Origin: Oscillospiraceae bacterium
GTDB lineage: Bacteria; Bacillota; Clostridia; Oscillospirales; Oscillospiraceae
DNA: 64,000 bases
NCBI GenBank assembly: GCA_009781855.1
Contig: WQUY01000002.1
Coordinates: forward strand, 10,017 to 74,016
Reading direction: 5' to 3'
Shown one piece after another: positions 50,425 through 59,633 of the stretch (position 1 is the first letter of the stretch; every line of letters starts with the position of its first letter). Under the pieces are notes generated by a model, which saw only the letters and a list, made by a program, of their open reading frames with translations, did not search any database and had not been told where the DNA came from. A program made the position numbers and the translations under genes.

Positions 50425-50461
50425 AAAAGTAAAAAGTCCCCAAATGGGACTTTTTACTTTT
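50425..50461. terminator. Bidirectional intrinsic terminator
   Basis: AAAAGTAAAAAGTCCC-CAAAT-GGGACTTTTTACTTTT between the convergent stalk-domain gene and htpG. Confidence 0.85.
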
Positions 50462-50476
50462 GGTAGCTCTGTTTAG

Positions 50477-52411
50477 TTATCCAAACAACAATGCGCTTAC
50501 AAGCTCAGAAAACTCATTCGGGTCATCAAGTGGAACACCCGCAGTCAGCAACGCCTGGCCATATAGCAACCTTGCGTACTTGGCGGCTTTATCTTTGTCG
50601 TGTTCAAAAGCACCTTTCAATGCAGCAAATGATGGGTGATCTGCATTGAGTTCAAGCACACGCTGGGCGCGCATCATCTCTTCCGGCATACCATCCTGAC
50701 GGCTTTGCATCGCTTTGAAATATTTCTCCATTTCGAGGCTGATTTCACCTTGTGTTGCAAGGCAGCATGGGTGGCTTTTGAGTTTATGTGACAACTTAGC
50801 GCTGACAACTTTCCCATCCAGCGACTCTTTTACAAACTCCAAAAGCTCCTTGTTCTCAGTCTCTTGGCGCTCGGTGTCTTCTTTATCTTCGGGCGTATCA
50901 ATGCCAAGATCCTCATCATTGACCGACCGGAATTCTTTTTCTTCAAAGGCTCTAAGCATCCGAATGACAAACTCGTCTATCTCCTCTGTGAGATAGAGTA
51001 TCTCATAACCCTTTTCACGTACCTGCTCAGCTTGAGGCAGCTTTTCGAGCAAAGTGATGTTTTCCCCTGCGGCATAATAAATGTATTTCTGTTCTTCCGG
51101 CATGTTTTTGACATATTCTGCAAGCGGAATCAGCTTCTTAGCCGTTGAGGAATAGAACATGATTAGGTCAGAAAGCATGTCCTTGTTTGCGCCCCAACCA
51201 TTTGCAATGCCGTATTTAATCTGGATACCGAAGGCCTTGTAAAACTGCTCATATTTGTCAAGATTCTCGTCCATAATTTTTTTGAGCTCTGTCTTGATCC
51301 TCTTTTCGATGTTGTTTGCAATAACCTTGAGTTGACGGTCATGTTGAAGCATTTCACGAGAAATATTAAGCGAAAAATCCGGAGACTCGACAACACCACG
51401 CACAAAGCGGAAGTGCTCCGGCAGCAAATCAGAACAATGTTCCATGATCATAATGCCGGATGAATAGAGCTGTAAACCTGCTTTGTACTCGCGTGTGAAA
51501 TAGTCATAAGGCGCAACCGCCGGTATAAACAGCATAGCCTGATAACTGACCAACCCTTCGGCAGAAACTCTTATTACAGCAGTCGGGTCGGTATGGTCAA
51601 AGAATTTCTCTTTATAAAACTCAGCGCAGTCCGCATCCGAAACATCGCTTTTAGGACGCTGCCAAATCGGTATGCGGCTGTTGATGGTGTCGATTTCGGT
51701 ATAATCTTCCCATGTCTTTTTCTTGTTGCCGCTTTCGTCAACTTCATCAGTCTCGACCTGACGACTCTTGGTGACCTCCATCACTATCGGCCAGCGTACA
51801 TAATCAGAATATTTTTTGATTAAATTGTGCAGAGTATATTCTTCCAGATAGTCGCTATATTTTTCGTCCTCAGTATCCGGTTTAAGCTCGATTACGATAT
51901 CAGTGCCGCAGCCGGTTTTTTCGCATTCATAGGGCTCTAAAGTATAACCATCAGACCCTTCAGAAACCCATCGGTGTGCCAGCTCCTCGCCATAGGCGCG
52001 GGAAGTCACAATCACGCGGGATGCGACCATAAATGCAGAGTAAAAGCCAACGCCGAATTGCCCGATAATGTCTATATCATCAGGTTTGTCATTCATGTCT
52101 TTTTTAAACTGCAGCGAGCCGCTCTTTGCAATCACACCAAGATTTGTTTCAAGTTCCTTTGCGGTCATGCCGACGCCATTGTCGATGATTGTCAGGGTTC
52201 TGTTTTCTTTGTCGGCCTTTATGCTGATTCTAAAATCATCTCTGCTCAGCCCGACTTTATCATCGGTCAAAGAAATGTAGCAAAGCTTGTCGATTGCGTC
52301 AGATGCGTTAGAAATCAACTCACGTAAAAAGATCTCCCTATGGGTGTAGATAGAGTTGACCATGAGATCCAACAGTCTTTTTGATTCTGATTTGAATTGT
52401 TTTTTTGCCAT
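50477..52411 (-). CDS. htpG: Molecular chaperone HtpG (Hsp90)
   Basis: 644 aa, ...IYTHREIFLRELISNASDAIDK... Confidence 0.96.
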   Translation of the reverse strand: MAKKQFKSESKRLLDLMVNSIYTHREIFLRELISNASDAIDKLCYISLTDDKVGLSRDDFRISIKADKENRTLTIIDNGVGMTAKELETNLGVIAKSGSLQFKKDMNDKPDDIDIIGQFGVGFYSAFMVASRVIVTSRAYGEELAHRWVSEGSDGYTLEPYECEKTGCGTDIVIELKPDTEDEKYSDYLEEYTLHNLIKKYSDYVRWPIVMEVTKSRQVETDEVDESGNKKKTWEDYTEIDTINSRIPIWQRPKSDVSDADCAEFYKEKFFDHTDPTAVIRVSAEGLVSYQAMLFIPAVAPYDYFTREYKAGLQLYSSGIMIMEHCSDLLPEHFRFVRGVVESPDFSLNISREMLQHDRQLKVIANNIEKRIKTELKKIMDENLDKYEQFYKAFGIQIKYGIANGWGANKDMLSDLIMFYSSTAKKLIPLAEYVKNMPEEQKYIYYAAGENITLLEKLPQAEQVREKGYEILYLTEEIDEFVIRMLRAFEEKEFRSVNDEDLGIDTPEDKEDTERQETENKELLEFVKESLDGKVVSAKLSHKLKSHPCCLATQGEISLEMEKYFKAMQSRQDGMPEEMMRAQRVLELNADHPSFAALKGAFEHDKDKAAKYARLLYGQALLTAGVPLDDPNEFSELVSALLFG

Positions 52412-52447
52412 GGTTTGAGCTTATCCTCCTTTTTAAGGTGTAATTAT

Positions 52448-53476
52448 TTAAACTAACATTTGTCTGCGTCTGGCGAGATTGATTGTCCCCTCGGTCATTT
52501 CGCCGACCCAGTTGAGCGCTTTGCCAAGCCCGTTAGCAACGCATAAATCAGCATCATCTGCGGTGTGGGTCATGATGTTGGTTCTGTTTGCGATGAGTTT
52601 ATCAAAGCCCCAAAGCAAACTATTTCCACCGGTCAATATAATGCCATTTTGTGAAATATCTGCAACAAGCTCCGGCGGTGTACTTTCAAGCACCTTATGG
52701 ACAGCTTCAACAATGCTTTCTGTAACCTCTTCAAAAGCTTCGAGAATATCTGTTGTACTTACCGCAACAACACGTGGAAGTCCTGTGAGCAAACAGCGCC
52801 CCTTAACCTCGACTGCCATTGATTCGGGTCTCGGAAACACACAGCCGATTCCCTTTTTAAGCTCCTCTGACGTGGTTTCGCCAATCAGCACATTATGCTT
52901 TCGCTTTATATACTTTATAAGCGCATCATCAAAAGCCTCGCCGCCGGCTTTAAGAGACTCGGATGAAACAACGCCATGTAAGGAAAGGACGGCAATGTCT
53001 GTTGTGCCGCCACCCACATCAATGACCATGTGGCCGTCAGGCTTTGCAATGTCAAGCCCCGCTCCAATTGCGGCAGCCAGCGGAGCCTCCATAAGAAACA
53101 CCTTGCGAGCGCCTGCGGCTACGCCGGCATCAATAACAGCACGCTCCTCAACCTCTGTTATTCCGGAAGGCACAGAAACGATTATTCTGGGCTTCATAAG
53201 CGAAAAAGAGAGCGCCTTCCTGACAAACTCTTTGAGCATTCGCTCCGTCATGTCATAGTCAGAAATTGCACCGTTTTTCATAGGGCGGATAGCAACGATA
53301 TTACCCGGTGTCCTGCCGAGCATCCGCTGTGCAGCCATACCGACATTCAGTAAACGCCCTGTGTTTTTGTCCATGGCGACAACCGCCGGCTCACGTAAAA
53401 TAACGCCCTTAACTCTAGTCGAAATAAGAACGGAAGTTGTTCCAAGATCAATTCCTATATCTCTGCCAAAAATCAT
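52448..53476 (-). CDS. mreB: Rod shape-determining protein MreB/Mbl
   Basis: 342 aa, ...DIGIDLGTTSVLI...DVGGGTTDIAV... Confidence 0.94.
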   Translation of the reverse strand: MIFGRDIGIDLGTTSVLISTRVKGVILREPAVVAMDKNTGRLLNVGMAAQRMLGRTPGNIVAIRPMKNGAISDYDMTERMLKEFVRKALSFSLMKPRIIVSVPSGITEVEERAVIDAGVAAGARKVFLMEAPLAAAIGAGLDIAKPDGHMVIDVGGGTTDIAVLSLHGVVSSESLKAGGEAFDDALIKYIKRKHNVLIGETTSEELKKGIGCVFPRPESMAVEVKGRCLLTGLPRVVAVSTTDILEAFEEVTESIVEAVHKVLESTPPELVADISQNGIILTGGNSLLWGFDKLIANRTNIMTHTADDADLCVANGLGKALNWVGEMTEGTINLARRRQMLV

Positions 53477-53486
53477 AGTATCTCCC

Positions 53487-53570
53487 GAGACAAGGGACGG
53501 TTCCTCTGTCTTACAAAAGTAATTAAGTACATAAAACTCGCTTAAAACAGAGGAACCGTCCCTCTGTCTC
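53487..53570 (-). repeat. Pair of inverted hairpin modules in the comF-mreB spacer; the upstream one (53547..53567, minus) looks like the comF terminator
   Basis: Arms GAGACAAGGGACGGTTCCTCTGT (53487..53509) and ACAGAGGAACCGTCCCTCTGTCTC (53547..53570) are inverted copies separated by 37 nt. On the minus strand, ACAGAGG-GACGGTT-CCTCTGT is followed by TTTAAG. Confidence 0.6.
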
Positions 53571-53594
53571 CGAACTCATAAGCAACAAAGCGGC

Positions 53595-54269
53595 TTATTC
53601 GCCACGCGCCAAAGCGGCGCAGACAACACTATTTGCCCCTGCCAAGCGAAGCGCCTTTGCACACTCAGCTAGAGTTGAGCCGGTTGTAACGACATCATCA
53701 ATAAGCAGCACACGCTTCCCCTCTATGAGCTCAGGATCTGAAACCGCATAAGCGCCACTAATGTTAGCACTCCGCTCCGCCTCATCGCCCAACTCCGACT
53801 GAGCCTGGACATCATGAGTCTTTTTTAGCGTCTCCACAGCAACGTCGTTGAGTTCCAGCGCCGTTGCCAGGGCGAGCAGCAAAGCCTGATCATATCCGCG
53901 AGAAGACTTGCGTTTGCTGCTCAGCGGTACCCATGAGATTATATCATATTTTATACCTGGAGTATGCCGGATGCATTCAGCCAAGAGCTTGCCATATGTT
54001 GCAGCATAAGCGGAAGCATCCTTGAACTTGTACCGGTGTATAGATTTTCGGACGACTCCGCTAAAATAGAGCGGTGAAACGCAAAAGTCATAGTAACTTC
54101 CGCTCTGTTGTCCGAAATTGTCGGCAAAGGGTAATGACTCAATACATTTTCCACATATCCCATCGTCGCCACTGTTAAGAATGCTCCCACAAAATACGCA
54201 TTTCGGAGGAAACAGAAGATCCAAAAGTGAAGATAGAAAACCCATAATACACCTCCAGGTTACGCTCAT
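53595..54269 (-). CDS. comFC: ComF family protein (ComFC-type phosphoribosyltransferase domain)
   Basis: 224 aa; N-terminal Cys pairs CVFCG...CGKC; PRT motif LLIDDVVTTGST; TAATG overlap with the recD2 stop. Confidence 0.85.
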   Translation of the reverse strand: MSVTWRCIMGFLSSLLDLLFPPKCVFCGSILNSGDDGICGKCIESLPFADNFGQQSGSYYDFCVSPLYFSGVVRKSIHRYKFKDASAYAATYGKLLAECIRHTPGIKYDIISWVPLSSKRKSSRGYDQALLLALATALELNDVAVETLKKTHDVQAQSELGDEAERSANISGAYAVSDPELIEGKRVLLIDDVVTTGSTLAECAKALRLAGANSVVCAALARGE

Positions 54270-56515
54270 TAATCAGCGAGTCGTGCCCTCAGACCGCTGT
54301 ATCGTCTTAGCCTTCTGTCATTATTAACCATTTGCGACATAACCTCCGGTGTACCAACTATGACAAGGAGATTTTTAGCTCGAGTCATTGCGGTATACAA
54401 AACACCTCGCGTCAAAAGTGGTGGAGCGGCGGAAGTTAGTGCAAGAATAACTGCATTATATTCGCTGCCTTGTGATTTGTGCACGGTGACGGCAAAGGCC
54501 GGCTCCAGTTCGGAAAGCTGTTCAAACAGATATGTTACAAGCCTATCATCAAAATCGACTGTGAGGATTTCCTTTTCATTGTCGATATCCTTGACCAGAC
54601 CTACATCGCCATTAAACACACCCAGACCTTCATTTTGCCCATCACTTGTCTTCCAAATTATATCATAATTATTTCTAATTTGCATCACTTTATCGCCGAC
54701 TCTGAAAACGATGCCCCCCGATTGCTTTTCTTTCCTTGCGGCAGAAGCCGGATTGACGCTCTCCCTGAGCCTGTTATTGAGCATATGTGTACCGGCTGCT
54801 CGCTTTCTGGTAGGTGAGAGAACCTGGATAAGTGAGGAATCTATGCCCATGTTGCTTGGCAGCCTCTTACCATAAAGCTCTGCGACAGTCTCAGCCAGTT
54901 GATCCTCTGATTGGCGTCGAATAAAGAATAAATCCGGATATTTTTCAGTCAAGTCGGGCATGATGCCATTGTTGACAGCATGGGCGCACCGCACAATTCC
55001 GCTATCCGCAGCCTGTCTGAAAATCTCCGACAACGCCACTATGGGCACAACGCCACTTCTCAAAATATCGGCAAAAACATTGCCGGGGCCTACAGGCGGA
55101 AGCTGGTCGGCATCACCGACCATAATAAGCCTGCTGCCGCGCTTCATTGCAGTGAGCAGTGCGCGCATGACTAGAATATCCAGCATTGAAGATTCATCTA
55201 CGATGACCACATCGGCTTTGAGTGGATTTTCTTCATCGTGGTCAAAAATCAACTCGCCATCGTCACCGGGAGATGTGCCCAATAGCCGATGGATTGTGGC
55301 AGCCTCACGCAGACACGATTCAGCTAACCGCTTTGCAGCACGCCCTGTCGGAGCGCACAGGGCTGTTTTTAGCCCCATAGCATCAAAGAGCATCAAAATG
55401 CCATGCACAGTTGTAGTTTTTCCGGTACCGGGGCCTCCGGTAAGCGCCATAACACCGCTGTCTGCGGCAATCTCAATCGCCTCGCGTTGCTTTTTTGCAA
55501 ATTGTATGCCGTCATTGTTTTCAATGTCTTTAATAATCCCGGCGATTGAAAAAGTGGATAGAGCCGAAACAGGAGCGGAGCCTCCGTCTGTCTTGACGTA
55601 AGCAAACGGACGATTTCCGCCAGTCATATCCAAAAGCCGCGAAGCAATATAACATTCTGCTTCATACATATGTCTCAAATAACAACCCTGCACACCGGCG
55701 ATTTCCTCTATTATGACATCCCCACATTCACACAAAGTATCCAACGCATCACTGATAGAATCAAGACTTGCACCAATCAACGTTTCAGTAGCGGCAGACA
55801 ACTTATCTTTGGGAATAAAAATATGTCCATTGCCTAAGTTGTGAATCAGCTCAAACACCAACGCAGCGGATATCCGCTGCGGACAATCACTTTCAAACCC
55901 CAGCTCCAGAGCAATAGCATCTGCCTGAGAAAAATCAGCGCCATAAGCATCCGAAGTTAAAATGTATGGATTATCTCTGACCGCCTCAACTGAATCATCG
56001 CCATAATCCTTGTAAATACGTGTTGCGACAATAGGATTTATGCCATATTGAGTCAAAAAATCAATAATCCGCCTAAGCCCCGCCTGACGACGATATCCCT
56101 CACCAATTTTTCGCGCACTACGCAAAGAAATACCCTTTATCAAAGAAAGCTTATCCGGATTATTTTCAATAACCGAAAGAGATTCGCTGCCAAACTTTTT
56201 TACAATATCACGAGCCTTTGATGGCCCGATGTTTTTGATTGCACCTGAAGCCAGATAGCGGAAAATCTCATCTGCACCACTTGGCTTTCTAAACTCAAAC
56301 GCCTCAACCTTAAATTGCTCACCATACTGAGGATGCGTCATCCATGAACCGGTGAGCAACAAAGACTCGCCGGATGAAACACCAGGAATGCTACCCGCAG
56401 CAGTAACCACCCCATCGGCAGTATCAAGCTTTAAAACAACATAACCATTTTCGGGGTTTGAAAAAACAATGGAACTGATGCGCCCCTCGATTATATTATC
56501 CATCTCACCTATCAC
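54269..56515 (-). CDS. recD2: ATP-dependent RecD-like DNA helicase (RecD2, SF1B)
   Basis: 748 aa, Walker A LTGGPGTGKTT; GTG start 9 nt after GGAG, abutting the dtd stop. Confidence 0.92.
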   Translation of the reverse strand: MIGEMDNIIEGRISSIVFSNPENGYVVLKLDTADGVVTAAGSIPGVSSGESLLLTGSWMTHPQYGEQFKVEAFEFRKPSGADEIFRYLASGAIKNIGPSKARDIVKKFGSESLSVIENNPDKLSLIKGISLRSARKIGEGYRRQAGLRRIIDFLTQYGINPIVATRIYKDYGDDSVEAVRDNPYILTSDAYGADFSQADAIALELGFESDCPQRISAALVFELIHNLGNGHIFIPKDKLSAATETLIGASLDSISDALDTLCECGDVIIEEIAGVQGCYLRHMYEAECYIASRLLDMTGGNRPFAYVKTDGGSAPVSALSTFSIAGIIKDIENNDGIQFAKKQREAIEIAADSGVMALTGGPGTGKTTTVHGILMLFDAMGLKTALCAPTGRAAKRLAESCLREAATIHRLLGTSPGDDGELIFDHDEENPLKADVVIVDESSMLDILVMRALLTAMKRGSRLIMVGDADQLPPVGPGNVFADILRSGVVPIVALSEIFRQAADSGIVRCAHAVNNGIMPDLTEKYPDLFFIRRQSEDQLAETVAELYGKRLPSNMGIDSSLIQVLSPTRKRAAGTHMLNNRLRESVNPASAARKEKQSGGIVFRVGDKVMQIRNNYDIIWKTSDGQNEGLGVFNGDVGLVKDIDNEKEILTVDFDDRLVTYLFEQLSELEPAFAVTVHKSQGSEYNAVILALTSAAPPLLTRGVLYTAMTRAKNLLVIVGTPEVMSQMVNNDRRLRRYSGLRARLAD

Positions 56516-56965
56516 TTACATCGTCTCCGTATCAAACAAAATGGTCACAGGCCCATCATTTACTGAAGCAACATCCATCATCGCCCCAAACTCGCCTGTC
56601 TCAACAGTATGCCCCAGAGCCTTGCACTCTCTGATAAACAATTCATACAAAGGAATCGCAGTATCAGGTCTTGCAGCTTCAGTAAAGCCGGGGCGACGAC
56701 TCTTGCAATCAGCATATAAAGTGAACTGAGAAATCACTAAAATGCTGCCACCGGAAGCGACCAAATCCAGATTCATTTTTCCATCATTATCGCTGAAAAC
56801 TCTCAAATTGCAAATCTTGGCAGCAAGCTTTTTTGCCTCGGTTTCGGTATCGCCATTTTTTATTCCCAGCAAAATTAAAAACCCATTGTCAATTGCACCT
56901 GAAACAGCACCGTCGATGGTAACCGACGCAGAAGAAACCCTTGTAACAACTGCTCTCAATGACAT
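56516..56965 (-). CDS. dtd: D-aminoacyl-tRNA deacylase
   Basis: ORF 57097 trimmed to ATG 56965 (MSLRAVVTRV...). TTG 56959 would give the canonical MRAVVTRV with 8-nt SD spacing. ...SQFTLYAD...; the discarded N-terminus is translation of repeat C. Confidence 0.9.
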   Translation of the reverse strand: MSLRAVVTRVSSASVTIDGAVSGAIDNGFLILLGIKNGDTETEAKKLAAKICNLRVFSDNDGKMNLDLVASGGSILVISQFTLYADCKSRRPGFTEAARPDTAIPLYELFIRECKALGHTVETGEFGAMMDVASVNDGPVTILFDTETM

Positions 56966-57007
56966 ATCCTCCAATATTTCGGACTTGTAAACACCCAGCA
57001 TACCAGG

Positions 57008-57108
57008 CTTACAGGGTGTTGCTGATGGTTTTTTGTTTCGCGAAGTGTAGGGCGACGAGACCGGTTCCGAGCGAAACAACAAAATCATTAGTAACACCCC
57101 AGCACTCC
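57008..57108 (+). repeat. Long-hairpin repeat, copy C (subfamily 2)
   Basis: Reverse complement is near-identical to copy B (25394..25495). Confidence 0.88.
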
Positions 57109-57122
57109 AGAGCGCAGACCGT

Positions 57123-57220
57123 CAAGGGGCTGGCTGATGGTTTTCTGTTTTGCGAAGTGTAGGGCGACGAGACCCGTTCCGAGCAAAACAGAAAATCATT
57201 AGTCAGACCCCAGCATCCCA
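57123..57220 (+). repeat. Long-hairpin repeat, copy D (subfamily 1)
   Basis: Reverse complement matches copy A (21414..21511) over 98 nt by hand comparison. On this strand all 24 stem positions pair (21 Watson-Crick plus 3 G.U). Confidence 0.9.
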
Positions 57221-57253
57221 GAACACAGGTCGGCAAGGGAATAAATATTCCGC

Positions 57254-57307
57254 GTAGGGTCTGATGTCCACATCAGACCGCGGGACGATGCGGGCATCGT
57301 CCCCTAC
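57254..57307. repeat. 54-nt double-hairpin element (copy E2)
   Basis: GTAGGG[TCTGATG-TCCA-CATCAGA]CCGCGG[GACGATG-CGGG-CATCGTC]CCCTAC, 5 nt downstream of the relA stop. Confidence 0.85.
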
Positions 57308-57312
57308 GAGGT

Positions 57313-59499
57313 CTAGCCATCCATTCTGCGCACATCAGTAACACCCGGAACAGACATGATTTTAGCCATCGCAGAAACGAGCTCATCCCTGTTTTTGACC
57401 CCGATATCTATAGACACAATAACATTACCCCCGCCGGTAGCCTTTGCATTAAAAGAAGAAATCTTTACATTCAACGCATTTAACACAGAAGCGATATCAA
57501 CCACTATGCCCGTTCGATCACGAATCTCAACCTGAACACTAGTCATATAAACATGCCCATCGGTCTCAGCCCAACCAACACGCACCCAACGACCTGCGTC
57601 CTCCGACCCCTTTTCGAAATGGATATAATTTACGCAATCCTGCCTATGAACCGACACGCCAAACCCCCTGGTAATAAAACCAACCACCGGATCGCCCGGC
57701 ACCGGAGAACAACACTTTGCAAACTTGACAAGACAATTATCCAAACCCTCAACAGTAACACCCAAGACAGGCTTGAGCTTTGGCTCCTCCCTCTTCTCAA
57801 GTTTTGTGAGCAAAGACGACTCTTTTTTCTTATTCTTTTCGGCAGTGCGTAAATAATCACGAATCTTATGCACAACCTTCTGTGCAGAAATACCACCATA
57901 ACCAATCGCCGCATACAAATCTTCGATTGAATTAAAAGAAGTCCGAGTCAAAACCCTTGACATCAAATCCTCGCTCGAAAGCTCGGACATCTGGATGTTT
58001 TCGTGGCGCATCTCAGTTTCGAATGCCATTTTACCATGAATGACATTTTCTTCACGCTTCTCTTTCTTAAACCACTGACGAATCTTGTTTCTCGCCTCTG
58101 CACTCCTGATGATATCCAACCAGTCGCGGCTCGGGCCCTTTGCAGCATTTGAAGTATGGATTTTGACAATATCACCATTATGTAAAATATGCGTATATGG
58201 AACCAAACGTCCATTGACGATGGCTCCGGTCATCCTGTTGCCCACCTCAGAATGGATACTGTAGGCAAAATCGATTGGCGTTGAACCGGCTGGAAGATTT
58301 ACGACATCGCCGCTCGGAGTGAAAACAAAAACCTCATCGGCAAACATGTCAACTTTAAGCGCATGCAGAAAATCCTGAGCATCACTATCTTGCTGTGACT
58401 CCAGAAGCCGCCTGACCCAGGCAAATTTTTCCTCGTCAGCGACCTTTCCACCCTTACCCTCTTTATACTTCCAATGAGCCGCAATGCCATATTCAGCTGT
58501 TTGATGCATTTCCCATGTACGTATCTGCACCTCAAACGGAAGACCCTCATTACCGATAACTGTTGTATGCAGACTTTGATACATATTCGGCTTAGGCGTT
58601 CCAATATAATCTTTAAAAGCACCCGGAATCGGACGGTACATCTCATGAATATAACCCAGAACATTATAACAATCGGCAATGTCATTAACGATTACGCGAA
58701 AGGCGTAGAGATCCAAAACTTCTGACAGCACCTTATTATCGCCGTACATCTTTCTATAGATACTGTATAGATGCTTTATCCGCCCATTGACGGCACACTC
58801 GATTCCGTGCGCACTGAGACGCTCGGTGATTTTGGTTTGAACACGACTAAAGAAGCTCTCGTCCTCAACATGACGCAGCTTCAACCCATCTATGATTTCC
58901 TTACATCCGATGGGGTCGAGGTATTGGATAGACAAGTCCTCCAACTCCCATTTGACCTTTTGCATACCGAGCCTGTGGGCGATTGGCGCATACATTTCCA
59001 TTGTTTCAAGCGCCTTTTCACGCTGCTTTTCCCGTGCCACATATTCCATAGTTCTCATATTATGGAGCCGGTCAGCAATCTTTATGAGAATGACACGTAT
59101 ATCCTGAGCCATTGCAATCAGCATTTTGCGCAGATTCTCCATCTGCTCTTCTTCTTTGCTGGTATATTGCACACGCGTAAGCTTTGTTACGCCATCAACT
59201 ATCTGAGCAACATCTTGCCCGAAATGCTTCTTTATATCGTCAAAAGTAACGTCGGTATCCTCAATGCAGTCATGCAGAAGTGCAGCGCATAAAGAATCCT
59301 CATCAAGCCCTATCTCAGCGACAATTTCTGCGGAAGCGAGCGGATGAGTAATGTATTCACTGCCATCCTTGCGCATCTGCGTGCCGTGGGCTTTTCGGGC
59401 AAAATCAAAAGCGGCCCGGATGCGGCTCATATCTGCGCCGGGATGGCTTTCAAGTATAACATTTTCTAAATGATGATATCTCTCGAGTACGTCATCCAT
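57313..59499 (-). CDS. relA: Bifunctional (p)ppGpp synthetase/hydrolase RelA/SpoT (Rel)
   Basis: ORF 59574 trimmed to ATG 59499 (MDDVLERYHHL...). HD domain ...HPLASAEIV...LLHDCIEDT...; 728 aa; C-terminal ACT region. Confidence 0.93.
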   Translation of the reverse strand: MDDVLERYHHLENVILESHPGADMSRIRAAFDFARKAHGTQMRKDGSEYITHPLASAEIVAEIGLDEDSLCAALLHDCIEDTDVTFDDIKKHFGQDVAQIVDGVTKLTRVQYTSKEEEQMENLRKMLIAMAQDIRVILIKIADRLHNMRTMEYVAREKQREKALETMEMYAPIAHRLGMQKVKWELEDLSIQYLDPIGCKEIIDGLKLRHVEDESFFSRVQTKITERLSAHGIECAVNGRIKHLYSIYRKMYGDNKVLSEVLDLYAFRVIVNDIADCYNVLGYIHEMYRPIPGAFKDYIGTPKPNMYQSLHTTVIGNEGLPFEVQIRTWEMHQTAEYGIAAHWKYKEGKGGKVADEEKFAWVRRLLESQQDSDAQDFLHALKVDMFADEVFVFTPSGDVVNLPAGSTPIDFAYSIHSEVGNRMTGAIVNGRLVPYTHILHNGDIVKIHTSNAAKGPSRDWLDIIRSAEARNKIRQWFKKEKREENVIHGKMAFETEMRHENIQMSELSSEDLMSRVLTRTSFNSIEDLYAAIGYGGISAQKVVHKIRDYLRTAEKNKKKESSLLTKLEKREEPKLKPVLGVTVEGLDNCLVKFAKCCSPVPGDPVVGFITRGFGVSVHRQDCVNYIHFEKGSEDAGRWVRVGWAETDGHVYMTSVQVEIRDRTGIVVDIASVLNALNVKISSFNAKATGGGNVIVSIDIGVKNRDELVSAMAKIMSVPGVTDVRRMDG

Positions 59500-59633
59500 T
59501 GCATTGCCGCGAATGATGCAAACCCCAGCGTGTATCTGGAAATTATGGGCTTGCCTTACCGCGCCTCCTCTCAATTGCGAAATCGCTTAGCGTCGTAAGT
59601 GAAACAAAAAATTAAATGCTGCTCATTATATAG

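Noticed and set aside
56966-57097. N-terminal extension of the listed dtd ORF, and ORFs 57009..57236 (-) and 56959..57162 (+)
   Set aside because: All lie in repeat copies C and D. Dtd proteins start M(R/K)xVVQRV, which matches 56965/56959.
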